A stretch of DNA of 64,000 bases from Candidatus Pacearchaeota archaeon (GTDB lineage Archaea; Nanobdellota; Nanobdellia; Pacearchaeales; GW2011-AR1), in NCBI GenBank assembly GCA_019659125.1, contig JAIFVX010000001.1, positions 15,437 to 79,436 on the forward strand, read 5' to 3'. Both the position numbers and the translations under genes were made by a program. Below, piece by piece: positions 47,001-56,470 of this stretch. Positions within the stretch are counted from its first letter, which is position 1. The number at the start of each line of letters is the position of its first letter. The notes beneath the pieces were generated by a model, which was not told the DNA's origin, ran no database searches, and was given only the letters and a program-made list of their open reading frames with translations.

Positions 47001-47260
47001 TTTTGCATTTCCTCGTATGGTATCTTTCCCTCAGTATATCCTGAAGGAAGATATTCTTGCTCTTGATTGTTTCTAGGCGTATTAATATGTGGCTTATATA
47101 CATTATGGCTAGCCCCTTCCTGCTCGACCATATATTCCAAGACATCCCGAGGAGGAAGATCATGTCTCCCATTGTAGGCTTTTCCCAAGAACATGAGAGG
47201 TATACCTACCATTGCTCCAAGGGCATACCCAATTAAAGAATTTCTTCGTTCTTTTTTCAT
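46997..47260 (-). CDS. small one-TM membrane protein (87 aa), holin/pinholin-like, translationally coupled to the lysozyme gene
   Basis: Stop overlaps the lysozyme ATG (ATGA); single TM LIGYALGAMVGIPLMFLG after a basic N-terminus; charged C-terminal tail. Confidence 0.5.
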   Translation of the reverse strand: MKKERRNSLIGYALGAMVGIPLMFLGKAYNGRHDLPPRDVLEYMVEQEGASHNVYKPHINTPRNNQEQEYLPSGYTEGKIPYEEMQK

Positions 47261-47370
47261 AGCTTTTACTCAAAAAGCTGCTATTTAAACCTTGCTATTT
47301 GTACCTATTGCATAGTAACTACATAACCACCTAAGAATATCTTTATAAATATCATTCATTTTCAAAGAGC

Positions 47371-49092
47371 ATGAGAATCATTACTCTCCATTGCGATTAT
47401 ATCAAGTTCAAGCCTCTGAAGAAAGCGTTGAAGTCTGTCGAGGATTTGAAGGATATGAAAGAGAAAGTGGTCAAAGATCCTCTGGTTGTTCTGACAGCTG
47501 TTGAAGAGGGAGACAATGACCAGACAATCAAGCATCTTATTGCATCGATAAAGAAAACAGCAGGAGAGGTAAAGGCGAAGCATATTGTTCTCTATCCCTA
47601 TGCACATTTATCGTCGAATCTAGCAAAGCCCGATACAGCCCTTGGATACCTGGTGGAAGCAGAAGCTGTCCTCAAAAAGGAAGGCTTTGAAGTAACTCGC
47701 GCTCCCTTTGGATACTACAAGGAATTCGAGCTTAAATGCAAGGGTCATCCTCTTTCCGAGCTCTCTCGAGAGTTTCGGACTGATGAGCAGAAGGGAAAAC
47801 TGTCATCTACCCCTCCAAAGAAAGTTGCCAAGGAATCAGGGAAAATAATCTTAGACAGAAGGAATCTGAAGCCTAATGATCACAGGATTTTAGGAGAGGA
47901 TCTGGGAATATTCTATTTAAGCGATGATATTGGTCCCGGCTTGCCTTTGTGGTTGCCTAATGGAGAGACTATTAGAAATGAATTGGAACAATACATGCGT
48001 CAGGTTGAAACACGACATGGTTACAAGTATGTGACGACGCCGCACATTACAAAAGGTCATCTGTATGAGAAAACAGGACATCTTCCATACTATGCAGATA
48101 CAATGTTTTCCCCTATAGAGATTGAAGGTATCAACTATTACTTGAAACCGATGAACTGTCCTCATCACCATATGATCTTCAACAAGCTTGTGAAGAGTTA
48201 CCGAGATTTGCCTTTACGATTGGCGGAGCCAGGAGTAGTCTATCGTAATGAACTTTCAGGTGTAACCTATGGATTAATGAGAGTACGCCATATCATGCAG
48301 AATGATGCACACATCTATATCACTCCTGACCAATTGAAAGCAGAGTTTGTCAAAGTCCTTGAACTGTTCAATGAAGTGTATAAGGTAATGGGAATAAAAG
48401 ACTATTATTTTAGACTTTCCCTTCCCGACTTTAAGGGAAACCCTGAGAAATATAGTGGGGATCCCACGGAATGGGAATTTGCATCCGAAGAAATTAGAAA
48501 GGCAATGAAGCAATGGGGTGGCAAATTTACTGAGGAAAAGGGAGAGGCTGCATTCTACGGCCCTAAGATTGATGTGCAGGTAAAGAATGCTAATGGCAAG
48601 GAAGAAACGCTTGCAACAGTACAAGTTGATATTGTCGTTCCTAAACGATTGAACCTCGTGTATGTCGACGAGAAAGGCGAGAAAAAGACTCCGATCGTCA
48701 TCCATAGAGCGATACTAGGAAGTTATGAGCGATTTGTTGCATTCCTTCTCGAGCAGACTGAAGGCAAATTGCCTTTCTGGCTTTCCCCCATTCAAGTGAG
48801 AATTGTCAACTTCACAGACAGGAACGTAAAAGCAGCGGAAAAAATACTTGCTCAGATAAGGAAAGAGCTTCCCTCATTACGTATAGAATCAGATTTTAGA
48901 AACACTACCGTAAATGACAAGGTTCGTGATTCAGAACTACTAAAGATTCCATATATAGTTGTTATCGGCGACAAAGAAGAGGAAAAAAATACTCTGGCAG
49001 TCAGAGAAAGGGGAAGCGCAAAGCCAAAATTCGGAGTCTCCTTAAATGACTTTATAAAAGAAATAAAACATAAGACCGAACAGCGCGAGTGA
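47371..49092 (+). CDS. thrS: threonyl-tRNA synthetase, archaeal type with N-terminal archaea-specific editing domain
   Basis: 573 aa; class II core (…FRLSLPDFKG…HRAILGSYERFVAFLLEQTEGKLPFWLSPIQVRIV…) and anticodon-binding domain; N-terminal ~140 aa are not the bacterial N1/N2 type. Confidence 0.9.
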   Translation: MRIITLHCDYIKFKPLKKALKSVEDLKDMKEKVVKDPLVVLTAVEEGDNDQTIKHLIASIKKTAGEVKAKHIVLYPYAHLSSNLAKPDTALGYLVEAEAVLKKEGFEVTRAPFGYYKEFELKCKGHPLSELSREFRTDEQKGKLSSTPPKKVAKESGKIILDRRNLKPNDHRILGEDLGIFYLSDDIGPGLPLWLPNGETIRNELEQYMRQVETRHGYKYVTTPHITKGHLYEKTGHLPYYADTMFSPIEIEGINYYLKPMNCPHHHMIFNKLVKSYRDLPLRLAEPGVVYRNELSGVTYGLMRVRHIMQNDAHIYITPDQLKAEFVKVLELFNEVYKVMGIKDYYFRLSLPDFKGNPEKYSGDPTEWEFASEEIRKAMKQWGGKFTEEKGEAAFYGPKIDVQVKNANGKEETLATVQVDIVVPKRLNLVYVDEKGEKKTPIVIHRAILGSYERFVAFLLEQTEGKLPFWLSPIQVRIVNFTDRNVKAAEKILAQIRKELPSLRIESDFRNTTVNDKVRDSELLKIPYIVVIGDKEEEKNTLAVRERGSAKPKFGVSLNDFIKEIKHKTEQRE

Positions 49093-49127
49093 GGAAAACT
49101 TATAAACCCTAGTATCCATTAACACCT

Positions 49128-49832
49128 ATGAAATTAGCACCATACATTGACAAATTGAACTCTTCCGCATCCTACAAGGACTTCATGAAGAAGTACAAGG
49201 ATTCTTTCATGATTGCTGGATTCTTCATACTTGATTTAGATCAGGGCAAAAATATTCACCAGATAGACTATTTCATCCCTTCTCAGAAGAAGATCGCAGC
49301 ATTCACCCTCGATGGGCAGGTTACGGTACAGATACTTGAATCTATGAGTAAGAAAGCTCCTGAAAAGATGGACATAAAGACTAACATCGATCTTGATGAG
49401 CTTGCAGGAATCCTTGAGGATGAGATGAAGAACCGGAGCATTACCGAGGAAATAAGAAAAGTCATTGCAATCCTTCAGATGAATGAGGGAAAGAAGATAT
49501 GGAACCTTAATTGTGTTCTTTCCGGTATGAGTATTCTAAGAGCCCACGTTGATGATGAATCAAAGACAGTCTTGAAGATGGAGAGATCATCGATCATGGA
49601 CTATATGAAGAAAGTATCTCCTGATATGCTTCCACAGCAACAGCCTGAAGATAAGAAGGGAATGGAAGATCAAATTGGCAAACTCACTAAGTTAGAAGAG
49701 CAGATAGAAAAAGAGAAAACTGAGCTTCAACAGAAGCTTAATACTGCTCTTGATAAAGCTCAAAAAGAATCAAAATTTGAGAAACCTGCAAAGGTCAATA
49801 AGGTCGCAAAGACTGAAAAGAAGAAAGCTTAA
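49128..49832 (+). CDS. hypothetical coiled-coil protein (234 aa)
   Basis: Lys/Glu-rich heptad-like C-terminus; no motif. Confidence 0.4.
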   Translation: MKLAPYIDKLNSSASYKDFMKKYKDSFMIAGFFILDLDQGKNIHQIDYFIPSQKKIAAFTLDGQVTVQILESMSKKAPEKMDIKTNIDLDELAGILEDEMKNRSITEEIRKVIAILQMNEGKKIWNLNCVLSGMSILRAHVDDESKTVLKMERSSIMDYMKKVSPDMLPQQQPEDKKGMEDQIGKLTKLEEQIEKEKTELQQKLNTALDKAQKESKFEKPAKVNKVAKTEKKKA

Positions 49833-50356
49833 TGATGCTTGTTCCAAAGCAATTTCGTATATCCTTCCTTAACTAAGTCTTTAGAATCAAATCCTAACTT
49901 CTTGACAATGTCGAGCACTTCTTTCCTCGCATGAGGTATATTGTGGTTGGTAAGGTACTCTACCTCTGCAAACCATCCCAATCCATTGACATAATTTAAC
50001 TCGACATGGAAATGCTTCTTGATATGGTATAATTCTGTCTTCTTCTCCTTATGGAGCCATTTCTTAAATCCGAAGTCCTTGATAAGCTCCAAGAACCCTT
50101 CGATGTCATAGACGACGAATTCAACCTCTTTTTTGGCATACACTCCATCCTGATACGAGATCCTCTGCTTGAAATTGATAATATGCCTGTCTTTCATCCT
50201 TCTCACACGGAGACTTTTTTGAGGGTAATGACCATGTTCTAAGGTGTAATAATCATCATATTTCTGGATTATCCCAGCATACGTGGCAAATTTCCGTACG
50301 TCTTTTCTCAAGGCTTCAGGAGAAGAAATCTTTATCTTTGCCTCGACCTCTATCAT
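49829..50356 (-). CDS. CYTH-domain protein (class IV adenylyl cyclase / triphosphatase fold)
   Basis: N-terminal EVEAKIKI (ExExK signature) plus downstream acidic/basic beta-strand pattern; 175 aa. Confidence 0.65.
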   Translation of the reverse strand: MIEVEAKIKISSPEALRKDVRKFATYAGIIQKYDDYYTLEHGHYPQKSLRVRRMKDRHIINFKQRISYQDGVYAKKEVEFVVYDIEGFLELIKDFGFKKWLHKEKKTELYHIKKHFHVELNYVNGLGWFAEVEYLTNHNIPHARKEVLDIVKKLGFDSKDLVKEGYTKLLWNKHH

Positions 50357-50425
50357 TCCTTCTATAACAAATTACATTATTTAAGCTTACCTAATAAAAA
50401 TATAAAACAAGAGAAAAAAATCTGC

Positions 50426-50890
50426 TTATGAGCAGGGTATACTGATAGATTCAGTACAGGTTTGGTCTCTTCCAGTATCTGTTCTGATAACAGCAGCAAT
50501 GCTGACAGCCTTTGGAACTGTTCCGGTAGGTCCGAACGAGACATTTACTATTCTCGATTCAAGCTTTCCTGGTAAGTTGTTTAATGCTATCGTGTCATTA
50601 ACAATGGTTGTGTCATCTGATCGGGTAAGGATAAACTTTATCCCGCTCAGTGTTGATTCACCACTGTTGTATCGATAGGTTACGTTAGCACTGGTTGTTG
50701 CACCATTTTTAACGCACTTGACAGGCTCTACATTAAGTGATATGCAGGCAGTCTGTCCAGGTACTTGCTCGGCTCCTCCTCTGATTGCTGGCTGTACGAA
50801 AGACCAAACGATGACGACAGCAGCCAACACCAATAAGATGATGAGCACCGTCGTTACGACATCGCTTAAACCTCTTTTTGCCATCCCCAC
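50426..50890 (-). CDS. archaeal type IV pilin-like protein (class III signal peptide)
   Basis: MGMAKRG|LSDVVTTVLIILLVLAAVVIV: basic n-region, G/L cleavage context, hydrophobic helix; Thr/Ser-rich body (154 aa). Confidence 0.7.
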   Translation of the reverse strand: MGMAKRGLSDVVTTVLIILLVLAAVVIVWSFVQPAIRGGAEQVPGQTACISLNVEPVKCVKNGATTSANVTYRYNSGESTLSGIKFILTRSDDTTIVNDTIALNNLPGKLESRIVNVSFGPTGTVPKAVSIAAVIRTDTGRDQTCTESISIPCS

Positions 50891-50971
50891 TAGAACAAAA
50901 TGTTATTTATAAATGTTTCTTCGATTCCTTATTGTTGTTTTAACGTCTGTTACGTTTAAGGTGTTGCATAA

Positions 50972-52615
50972 TTATCGGTGAGTGTACCAGAACTCATTCT
51001 CTTTCTTTGAATCAAGTCTTACAAAACCAAATCGTTCAAATTGGATGAGATCATCGACCTTCAAAGATTTGATTCCCGACTCGGCCAGTCCTTGCACCCA
51101 TTTAGCATTGGGCATCAAGACCCTTGCAGGAACAGAAGATGAGACCCACTGTATTTTTGGGATGGGCTTATTTTCGAGCGATGTGAATACAGCCTTGTTT
51201 CCCGTTGCAGGAAGCTTGACATTGTACAGATGAAGAAGTCGTACTTCCTTTCCTTTAAGCTCTTTCAAGTCTTTCTTTGAGATGTAGATTGAATCAACCT
51301 CAACAGTTCTCATTTCATCCTTATCGGGATGGATAGGGATTTTTACACTTTTTAAATTTGGCTTCTTGTCTATCTTCAATTCAACAGGATCTTCAACAAA
51401 ATAATATCGTGATGTCTCTTTGTCTATTAATTTGCGGCTGATCGCGGCAATCATGTCAAAATCAAGATGAACTTCGTATTTTGAGAGCCCTGTTTGCTTG
51501 ACCAATTCATAGAGTACTTCCTTTCTGATCCCTCGTCTTCGTAATGCTCTTAAGGTCATTAATCGAGGATCATCCCATCCGATATAATCTCCTGATTCGA
51601 TCAATTCCCGGATTTCTCTGCCCTTGGTTGTTGCATCAATAACACTAAATCTGCCATATTGTACAACTGTCTGTCTCTTCAATTTCAAAAGTTCTTTGAT
51701 CATGTCTTGTAATGGCATCCTCTGTTCAAATTCATTAGTCCTTAAGATATGAGTTACCCCCATGATGCTATCTTCAATAGGATTATAGAAATCATAGAGT
51801 GGCCACACTTTGTATTTTGTCTTCTGCCTAAAATGAGGTTTGTCGATCATCCTAAACAAGGCAGCATCCCTCATGACGTGATTATCATGCTGCATGTCTC
51901 CCTTTATTCGCAAAACAGCCTCCCCTTCCTTATACTTTCCTGCAAGAAATTGTTTCCAGTGCTCAAGATTTTCTTTCACGTTTATTTTTCTATGTTCACA
52001 TTCCTTTCCGGAATGCCTGAGTTCCTGCATAGTGTCTCGGTCACAGAAGCACATGTATGCCTTTCCCTTTTCTATTAATTGCTCAGCATACGTATACAAT
52101 AAAGGAATGTCATCAGAAACATACTTCATAGAATCGAATTTGATATGTAAATACTCCTTGATGTCATCAAGCATTGCATTAACATATTCTTGTGTTACTT
52201 TCTCAGGATTTGCATCCTCAAATCTCAGGAGGCATTTTCCCTTATAGCGTTCAGCATAAATTGAATTAAGCAAGAATGAAAGTGCATGGCCGAGATGCAG
52301 GTACTTTGAAGGTTCTGGTGGAATCCTTGTGATGACTCCTTTTTCAGTATTAGGTAAAGGAGGAAGGTCCTTTTCTTTCTCCTCATGAGTCTTTACGATA
52401 TCACCCAATGATGCATACTCTTCTCCTCTCTGATCATTATCCATCGCATTGACCTTTTTTACAATCGCCTGGATGTCTGGAAGTATATTCTTGATATCTT
52501 TCTTGTCAAGCCCATGTTGGAACAGCTTAGTCAGTATTTTTCCTGCTTCAGCCGTGCCGAACTCAAGAGCATTCTTAAGCGCATACGCCTTTATTTCCTT
52601 GGAAAAATCCTTCAT
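50972..52615 (-). CDS. gltX: glutamyl-tRNA synthetase (archaeal GluRS/GlnRS-type class I)
   Basis: 547 aa; …ITRIPPEPSKYLHLGHALSFLLN…RFEDANPEK… HIGH-region and catalytic-core conservation; archaeal length. Confidence 0.88.
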   Translation of the reverse strand: MKDFSKEIKAYALKNALEFGTAEAGKILTKLFQHGLDKKDIKNILPDIQAIVKKVNAMDNDQRGEEYASLGDIVKTHEEKEKDLPPLPNTEKGVITRIPPEPSKYLHLGHALSFLLNSIYAERYKGKCLLRFEDANPEKVTQEYVNAMLDDIKEYLHIKFDSMKYVSDDIPLLYTYAEQLIEKGKAYMCFCDRDTMQELRHSGKECEHRKINVKENLEHWKQFLAGKYKEGEAVLRIKGDMQHDNHVMRDAALFRMIDKPHFRQKTKYKVWPLYDFYNPIEDSIMGVTHILRTNEFEQRMPLQDMIKELLKLKRQTVVQYGRFSVIDATTKGREIRELIESGDYIGWDDPRLMTLRALRRRGIRKEVLYELVKQTGLSKYEVHLDFDMIAAISRKLIDKETSRYYFVEDPVELKIDKKPNLKSVKIPIHPDKDEMRTVEVDSIYISKKDLKELKGKEVRLLHLYNVKLPATGNKAVFTSLENKPIPKIQWVSSSVPARVLMPNAKWVQGLAESGIKSLKVDDLIQFERFGFVRLDSKKENEFWYTHR

Positions 52616-52649
52616 GTTAGAATATGAGAAAAGTGTTATTTAAATCCAT

Positions 52650-53000
52650 TTATCGAATATTCGGGGTAACATCACCAAGCCGTGATTCAATCATATCCAA
52701 TCTCTCTAAAAATCGATCAAGCTTGTATTCTAAATCATCAATCTTCACTCGTAAAGTCTGTATGTCTCCACCATGTTCCTGAGGATTCGGCGAGGGAGTG
52801 TTGAAAACACTAGGGGAGCTTGGAGCGATGGTATCAAAGAAGCTTAAAGGTGATGGCGAGGGTACAGCAGTTATCGTTGATGGTTGGGGGCCTGTCAAAT
52901 CAACAATATCTTTTTCTGGCTCCTTTTTCTTTAAGATTCCACGCTTCTGAAGCATAGTAAAATCAAGAACATCCCCGCTTTTTCCTCCAAAGATACCCAT
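52650..53000 (-). CDS. hypothetical protein (116 aa) with Pro/Ser-rich centre and C-terminal coiled coil
   Basis: ORF track; no motif. Confidence 0.35.
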   Translation of the reverse strand: MGIFGGKSGDVLDFTMLQKRGILKKKEPEKDIVDLTGPQPSTITAVPSPSPLSFFDTIAPSSPSVFNTPSPNPQEHGGDIQTLRVKIDDLEYKLDRFLERLDMIESRLGDVTPNIR

Positions 53001-53104
53001 CCATTCCTAAGAAAAGCATTCTATTTAAAGATAGACACAATCAAATACGACCGTCTGGTGATTACAGAGGAAAGCTTTAAAAGCAGACTCTTTGCTAGAT
53101 AGGT

Positions 53105-53473
53105 ATGTCTGACGAACAAAAACTGCTCTACAGTATCGCTGCTAGAAAGCAATCTCCACTCTTGGATGACATCCATATGATGAAAGAGACTGCAGAACAT
53201 AACACCAGAACTCCTCTCTATGCTCTCTATGCTATCTCTGAACACTCGCTAGCAGACTTGGACGACACCCCATACGATCTAACGATGCAATACTGCAGAA
53301 CCCATGACATACCAGTGCGTCCTATGAAAAGCCCCCAGGCAGTGATCGATGATATAATGGATTCGGACGAAGGACGGTTTTATGCCTGCCTCAATGAGAA
53401 TACTAAAGATGAAGACGATCTTGAACATCTCTGCCAAGGAACTCACATTGTTTTCGTGAAACGAGGTAATTAG
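53105..53473 (+). CDS. hypothetical acidic protein (122 aa)
   Basis: ORF track; no motif. Confidence 0.35.
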   Translation: MSDEQKLLYSIAARKQSPLLDDIHMMKETAEHNTRTPLYALYAISEHSLADLDDTPYDLTMQYCRTHDIPVRPMKSPQAVIDDIMDSDEGRFYACLNENTKDEDDLEHLCQGTHIVFVKRGN

Positions 53474-53667
53474 TTCTTTCGTTGGGTACCTATACTTAAA
53501 ACCACAAGCGCTCCCAAAAGAAACCATAATCCTACATAATATCCCTTGGCAGCATCAATGTCTTCAAATACCGCATACCCCGTTACAGACTGGAAAGAGT
53601 TAAGAAAGATGATGAAACTCATCACGATAAAACTCACACCGACAACCATAAACACTCGTCTCTTCAT
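53470..53667 (-). CDS. small membrane protein (65 aa, 2 TM)
   Basis: Two hydrophobic helices; stop adjacent to the start of the His-phosphatase gene. Confidence 0.3.
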   Translation of the reverse strand: MKRRVFMVVGVSFIVMSFIIFLNSFQSVTGYAVFEDIDAAKGYYVGLWFLLGALVVLSIGTQRKN

Positions 53668-53673
53668 GTATTT

Positions 53674-54318
53674 TTAAGGGGGCGTACCTTTAAATGCTTG
53701 TCGCTGGCGCTTCATGCCCCCAAGGATAAGATGTTGATAATCATTAATGTGGAATGAACTTACTTTGTCTTTGTTAATAACAATTTTGCTGACACTTGCA
53801 TTACTTAAGCTGTAATATCTCCCTTCAGTCACATCAAGGTTAAGTGAATTCAAGATGAGATGCAAAGAAACAATTCCATGTCCTACCACAAGCACATTTT
53901 CATGAGGATGTTTCTTTACTAGCTCCTGGTAAAATGAGCCAGCCCTCTTGTAGGTATCAAGCAAGCTTTCTCCTTTAGGTGGTCGAAAAAGATGGAAAGG
54001 AATTCCTTTCTTATGGGCCTCTGCAACATATGAACCCCAGTCATCAATTCCTTGTTCCCCAAAAACGCCCATGTCGTGCTCGATAATCTTGTTCGTATAG
54101 ACAACAGGAATCCCGGGAAGATAGGCAAGAATCTCCTTTAACGTTTCCTTTGCCCTCATAAGGGTACTGCAATAAATTCTGTCAATTTTCATCCCTCGAA
54201 AGCGCACTCCAAGCCTCCGTGCCTGCTCCTTTCCATCTTCAGTCAGAGGGGCATCAATAGAAGAGGCAATATGGGCATTCCGCTGCGACTTAGCATGCCT
54301 CACCAAATACAACCTCAT
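53674..54318 (-). CDS. histidine phosphatase superfamily (phosphoglycerate-mutase-like) protein
   Basis: N-terminal LYLVRHAKS (RHG-type motif with G->A) and downstream catalytic H in …LVVGHG…. Confidence 0.65.
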   Translation of the reverse strand: MRLYLVRHAKSQRNAHIASSIDAPLTEDGKEQARRLGVRFRGMKIDRIYCSTLMRAKETLKEILAYLPGIPVVYTNKIIEHDMGVFGEQGIDDWGSYVAEAHKKGIPFHLFRPPKGESLLDTYKRAGSFYQELVKKHPHENVLVVGHGIVSLHLILNSLNLDVTEGRYYSLSNASVSKIVINKDKVSSFHINDYQHLILGGMKRQRQAFKGTPP

Positions 54319-54400
54319 TCTCTTTGCTGGAAAACAAACTTTATAAATTATGCTTGTCCAGAATCTTTAAATAAAGCATTTCCTCTCTATAAACAATAAA

Positions 54401-55918
54401 ATGGCGGTGAATATTCATAATCTTATTGCGGCAATCAGCCCTGACATATATTGTGATCCAAGCGTAAAAGAGGAAGTGAAACGGATTGTCAAAAAAGATG
54501 GTTATCTTAAGGCAGCTGAGAAGGCAAAGCCGCGGGAGAGCGGTTTCGTGGATTTCGATGAGATTGCTCTGAAGAATCCATTCTCATCTCCAGGATTAAA
54601 GGACCCTCGTGAAGTGCACAAGCTTGTCTATGATTCGTTCGGGGAAAGCCTTGAACCTCTCTATTTCTGGATTCTTGACACCTTGATGGAGAATTATGGG
54701 AAGGTTGACAAGCTTACTGACAATTTCATTTCATCTCCAGGCTCCGCACATTTCGCTGAAATGGGGGGCAGGGCAACGAGGATGCAGGAAGAGGCAATGA
54801 AGATCTTAGGCACGGCAAACCAGATTGTGCGATCAGTTCTCAATATTATTTATGACCTGAAGGAATTTGACATTCGACTTGGAGCCTATCATGATATTCA
54901 TGACAAGGATGATAAGAAAAGAAAGGCCGCGTTACTTTCCTTGAAGCAAATATGGCTTGACACCGTTGATGTAAAAAGAAATACAAGTTCGATCAAGGGA
55001 TTTGTACAGCAGTTTGAATATGTCACCCTTATAGATGCCTTTATGGCCGCTAATTCTCTTGAAGAGGTAGAGAAACTTGATCTTAATGATCGCGTAAAAA
55101 AAATCCTCGAGCAAAGAATTCCCGAATTCCTGAGATGGGTTGATGAATCCGAGAAAGAATTGAGAAAAAGATATCAGGTTGAAAAGATATATCTGAAGAG
55201 CCAAGTCAATGCCATACGGCTCTACGCTCGATGGGTAAAGCCCTATCTTCAGGCTGCTGCAAAGCTGGAACAGAATGCACGATCCACAGCAGCGTTGGTG
55301 ACCTCATTCAACACAACGCTCTTTGAACTTGCACTCCTGGGAGAAGGCAAATATGATCCTGATGACGATGTCAAAAAGGGTGATCTTCCTACAATGGTAA
55401 AAAATACGGAGAAAAGGGTGTATTCTCCCATTGTTATTGTTGAGATTAACTTCAGGAGTGTCCCTGAACGAGCAAGCCAGCAGGGAGGATATGGATTCAG
55501 AGGAAGACTTGAAGCAGAGTTCACAAGCTATGCTTTGAACGACCAGGAGCTTAAGGTATTAAGAGAGGAAATTGGAAAGGATGATGTCGGCGAGGTGCTC
55601 AAATTCATTCAGGGAGCAACTGATGAAAGTCTAGCTCAGATAGAGGAAGACATCAATAAATATACGAATGAAAAGAAAGATGATAAGAAGGAAGATAAGG
55701 AAGATAAGGATGATGAAGATGTCAATCCTTTCACCTCTTTGTTTGCCTTCAAAGACAAGAAAGATGATAAGAAAGAAGACCTTTCAAAGGGGATAAAGCC
55801 CGACAGTACGATAGAAAAGGCAGTCCGTTCACAAGCAATTATAGAAGCACGGAAGGGATGCAGAAGACTGTATGATGGCTATAAGAAAGCCCATAGCATG
55901 CCTGCATTTCCCGGCTAG
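54401..55918 (+). CDS. hypothetical protein (505 aa) with Lys/Asp/Glu low-complexity C-terminal region
   Basis: Long ORF; helical-looking; KDDKKEDKEDKDDED repeats; no assignable domain. Confidence 0.5.
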   Translation: MAVNIHNLIAAISPDIYCDPSVKEEVKRIVKKDGYLKAAEKAKPRESGFVDFDEIALKNPFSSPGLKDPREVHKLVYDSFGESLEPLYFWILDTLMENYGKVDKLTDNFISSPGSAHFAEMGGRATRMQEEAMKILGTANQIVRSVLNIIYDLKEFDIRLGAYHDIHDKDDKKRKAALLSLKQIWLDTVDVKRNTSSIKGFVQQFEYVTLIDAFMAANSLEEVEKLDLNDRVKKILEQRIPEFLRWVDESEKELRKRYQVEKIYLKSQVNAIRLYARWVKPYLQAAAKLEQNARSTAALVTSFNTTLFELALLGEGKYDPDDDVKKGDLPTMVKNTEKRVYSPIVIVEINFRSVPERASQQGGYGFRGRLEAEFTSYALNDQELKVLREEIGKDDVGEVLKFIQGATDESLAQIEEDINKYTNEKKDDKKEDKEDKDDEDVNPFTSLFAFKDKKDDKKEDLSKGIKPDSTIEKAVRSQAIIEARKGCRRLYDGYKKAHSMPAFPG

Positions 55919-55945
55919 CAACCCTTAAATAGTTTTAAGCCTTTT

Positions 55946-56440
55946 ATGAGTATGAAAAAAGTAAAAATAATTCGGGAGATTCCTTCAAAGATAAAAGAAG
56001 TAAAGGAAGTCCCTCGCGAGTCAAAATCTCTGGAAGAGGAAGTTCACGAGTCTGAAACTGAAACCTTTGCCTCTACTATCTCTACAACTCCTCCTCCATC
56101 GCTTGTCTTAAAAAATGAAAGAACTGAAGAGCGGAATGAAGAGCCGGAGGCACCACGACAGCAACAACAAGGCCCTCAATTGACAGGCTCTCAATTATAT
56201 GAAGTAGGAAGAACGCTGGGTGGAAATGTACGGAGTGATTATGCAGAAACAACTCGGCCAGGAACTCGACCTCTTGTGGTTAATGAACCTTCCAGAGACT
56301 CTCCAGAGCATCAAACAGTCTCTCCTACTGCTCCACTAACTGAGAGTTTTACCCAGCGGGTTGAACCAGAGCGGATAGAGAAGAGATATGATGAAAGGGA
56401 TACGAGACCAGGACGACGGAAGTACCCTTGGGAAGCATAA
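55946..56440 (+). CDS. hypothetical acidic/disordered protein (164 aa)
   Basis: Glu/Pro/Thr-rich low complexity; co-oriented with flanking ORFs. Confidence 0.35.
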   Translation: MSMKKVKIIREIPSKIKEVKEVPRESKSLEEEVHESETETFASTISTTPPPSLVLKNERTEERNEEPEAPRQQQQGPQLTGSQLYEVGRTLGGNVRSDYAETTRPGTRPLVVNEPSRDSPEHQTVSPTAPLTESFTQRVEPERIEKRYDERDTRPGRRKYPWEA

Positions 56441-56470
56441 GCTTAAATAAAAAGAACTCATAAAAAAGAA

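Noticed and set aside
55650-55800. Short tandem nucleotide repetition (gaaga/taagga units)
   Set aside because: It encodes the KD/E-rich low-complexity tail of ORF 54401-55918; it is not a CRISPR array or an independent repeat element.
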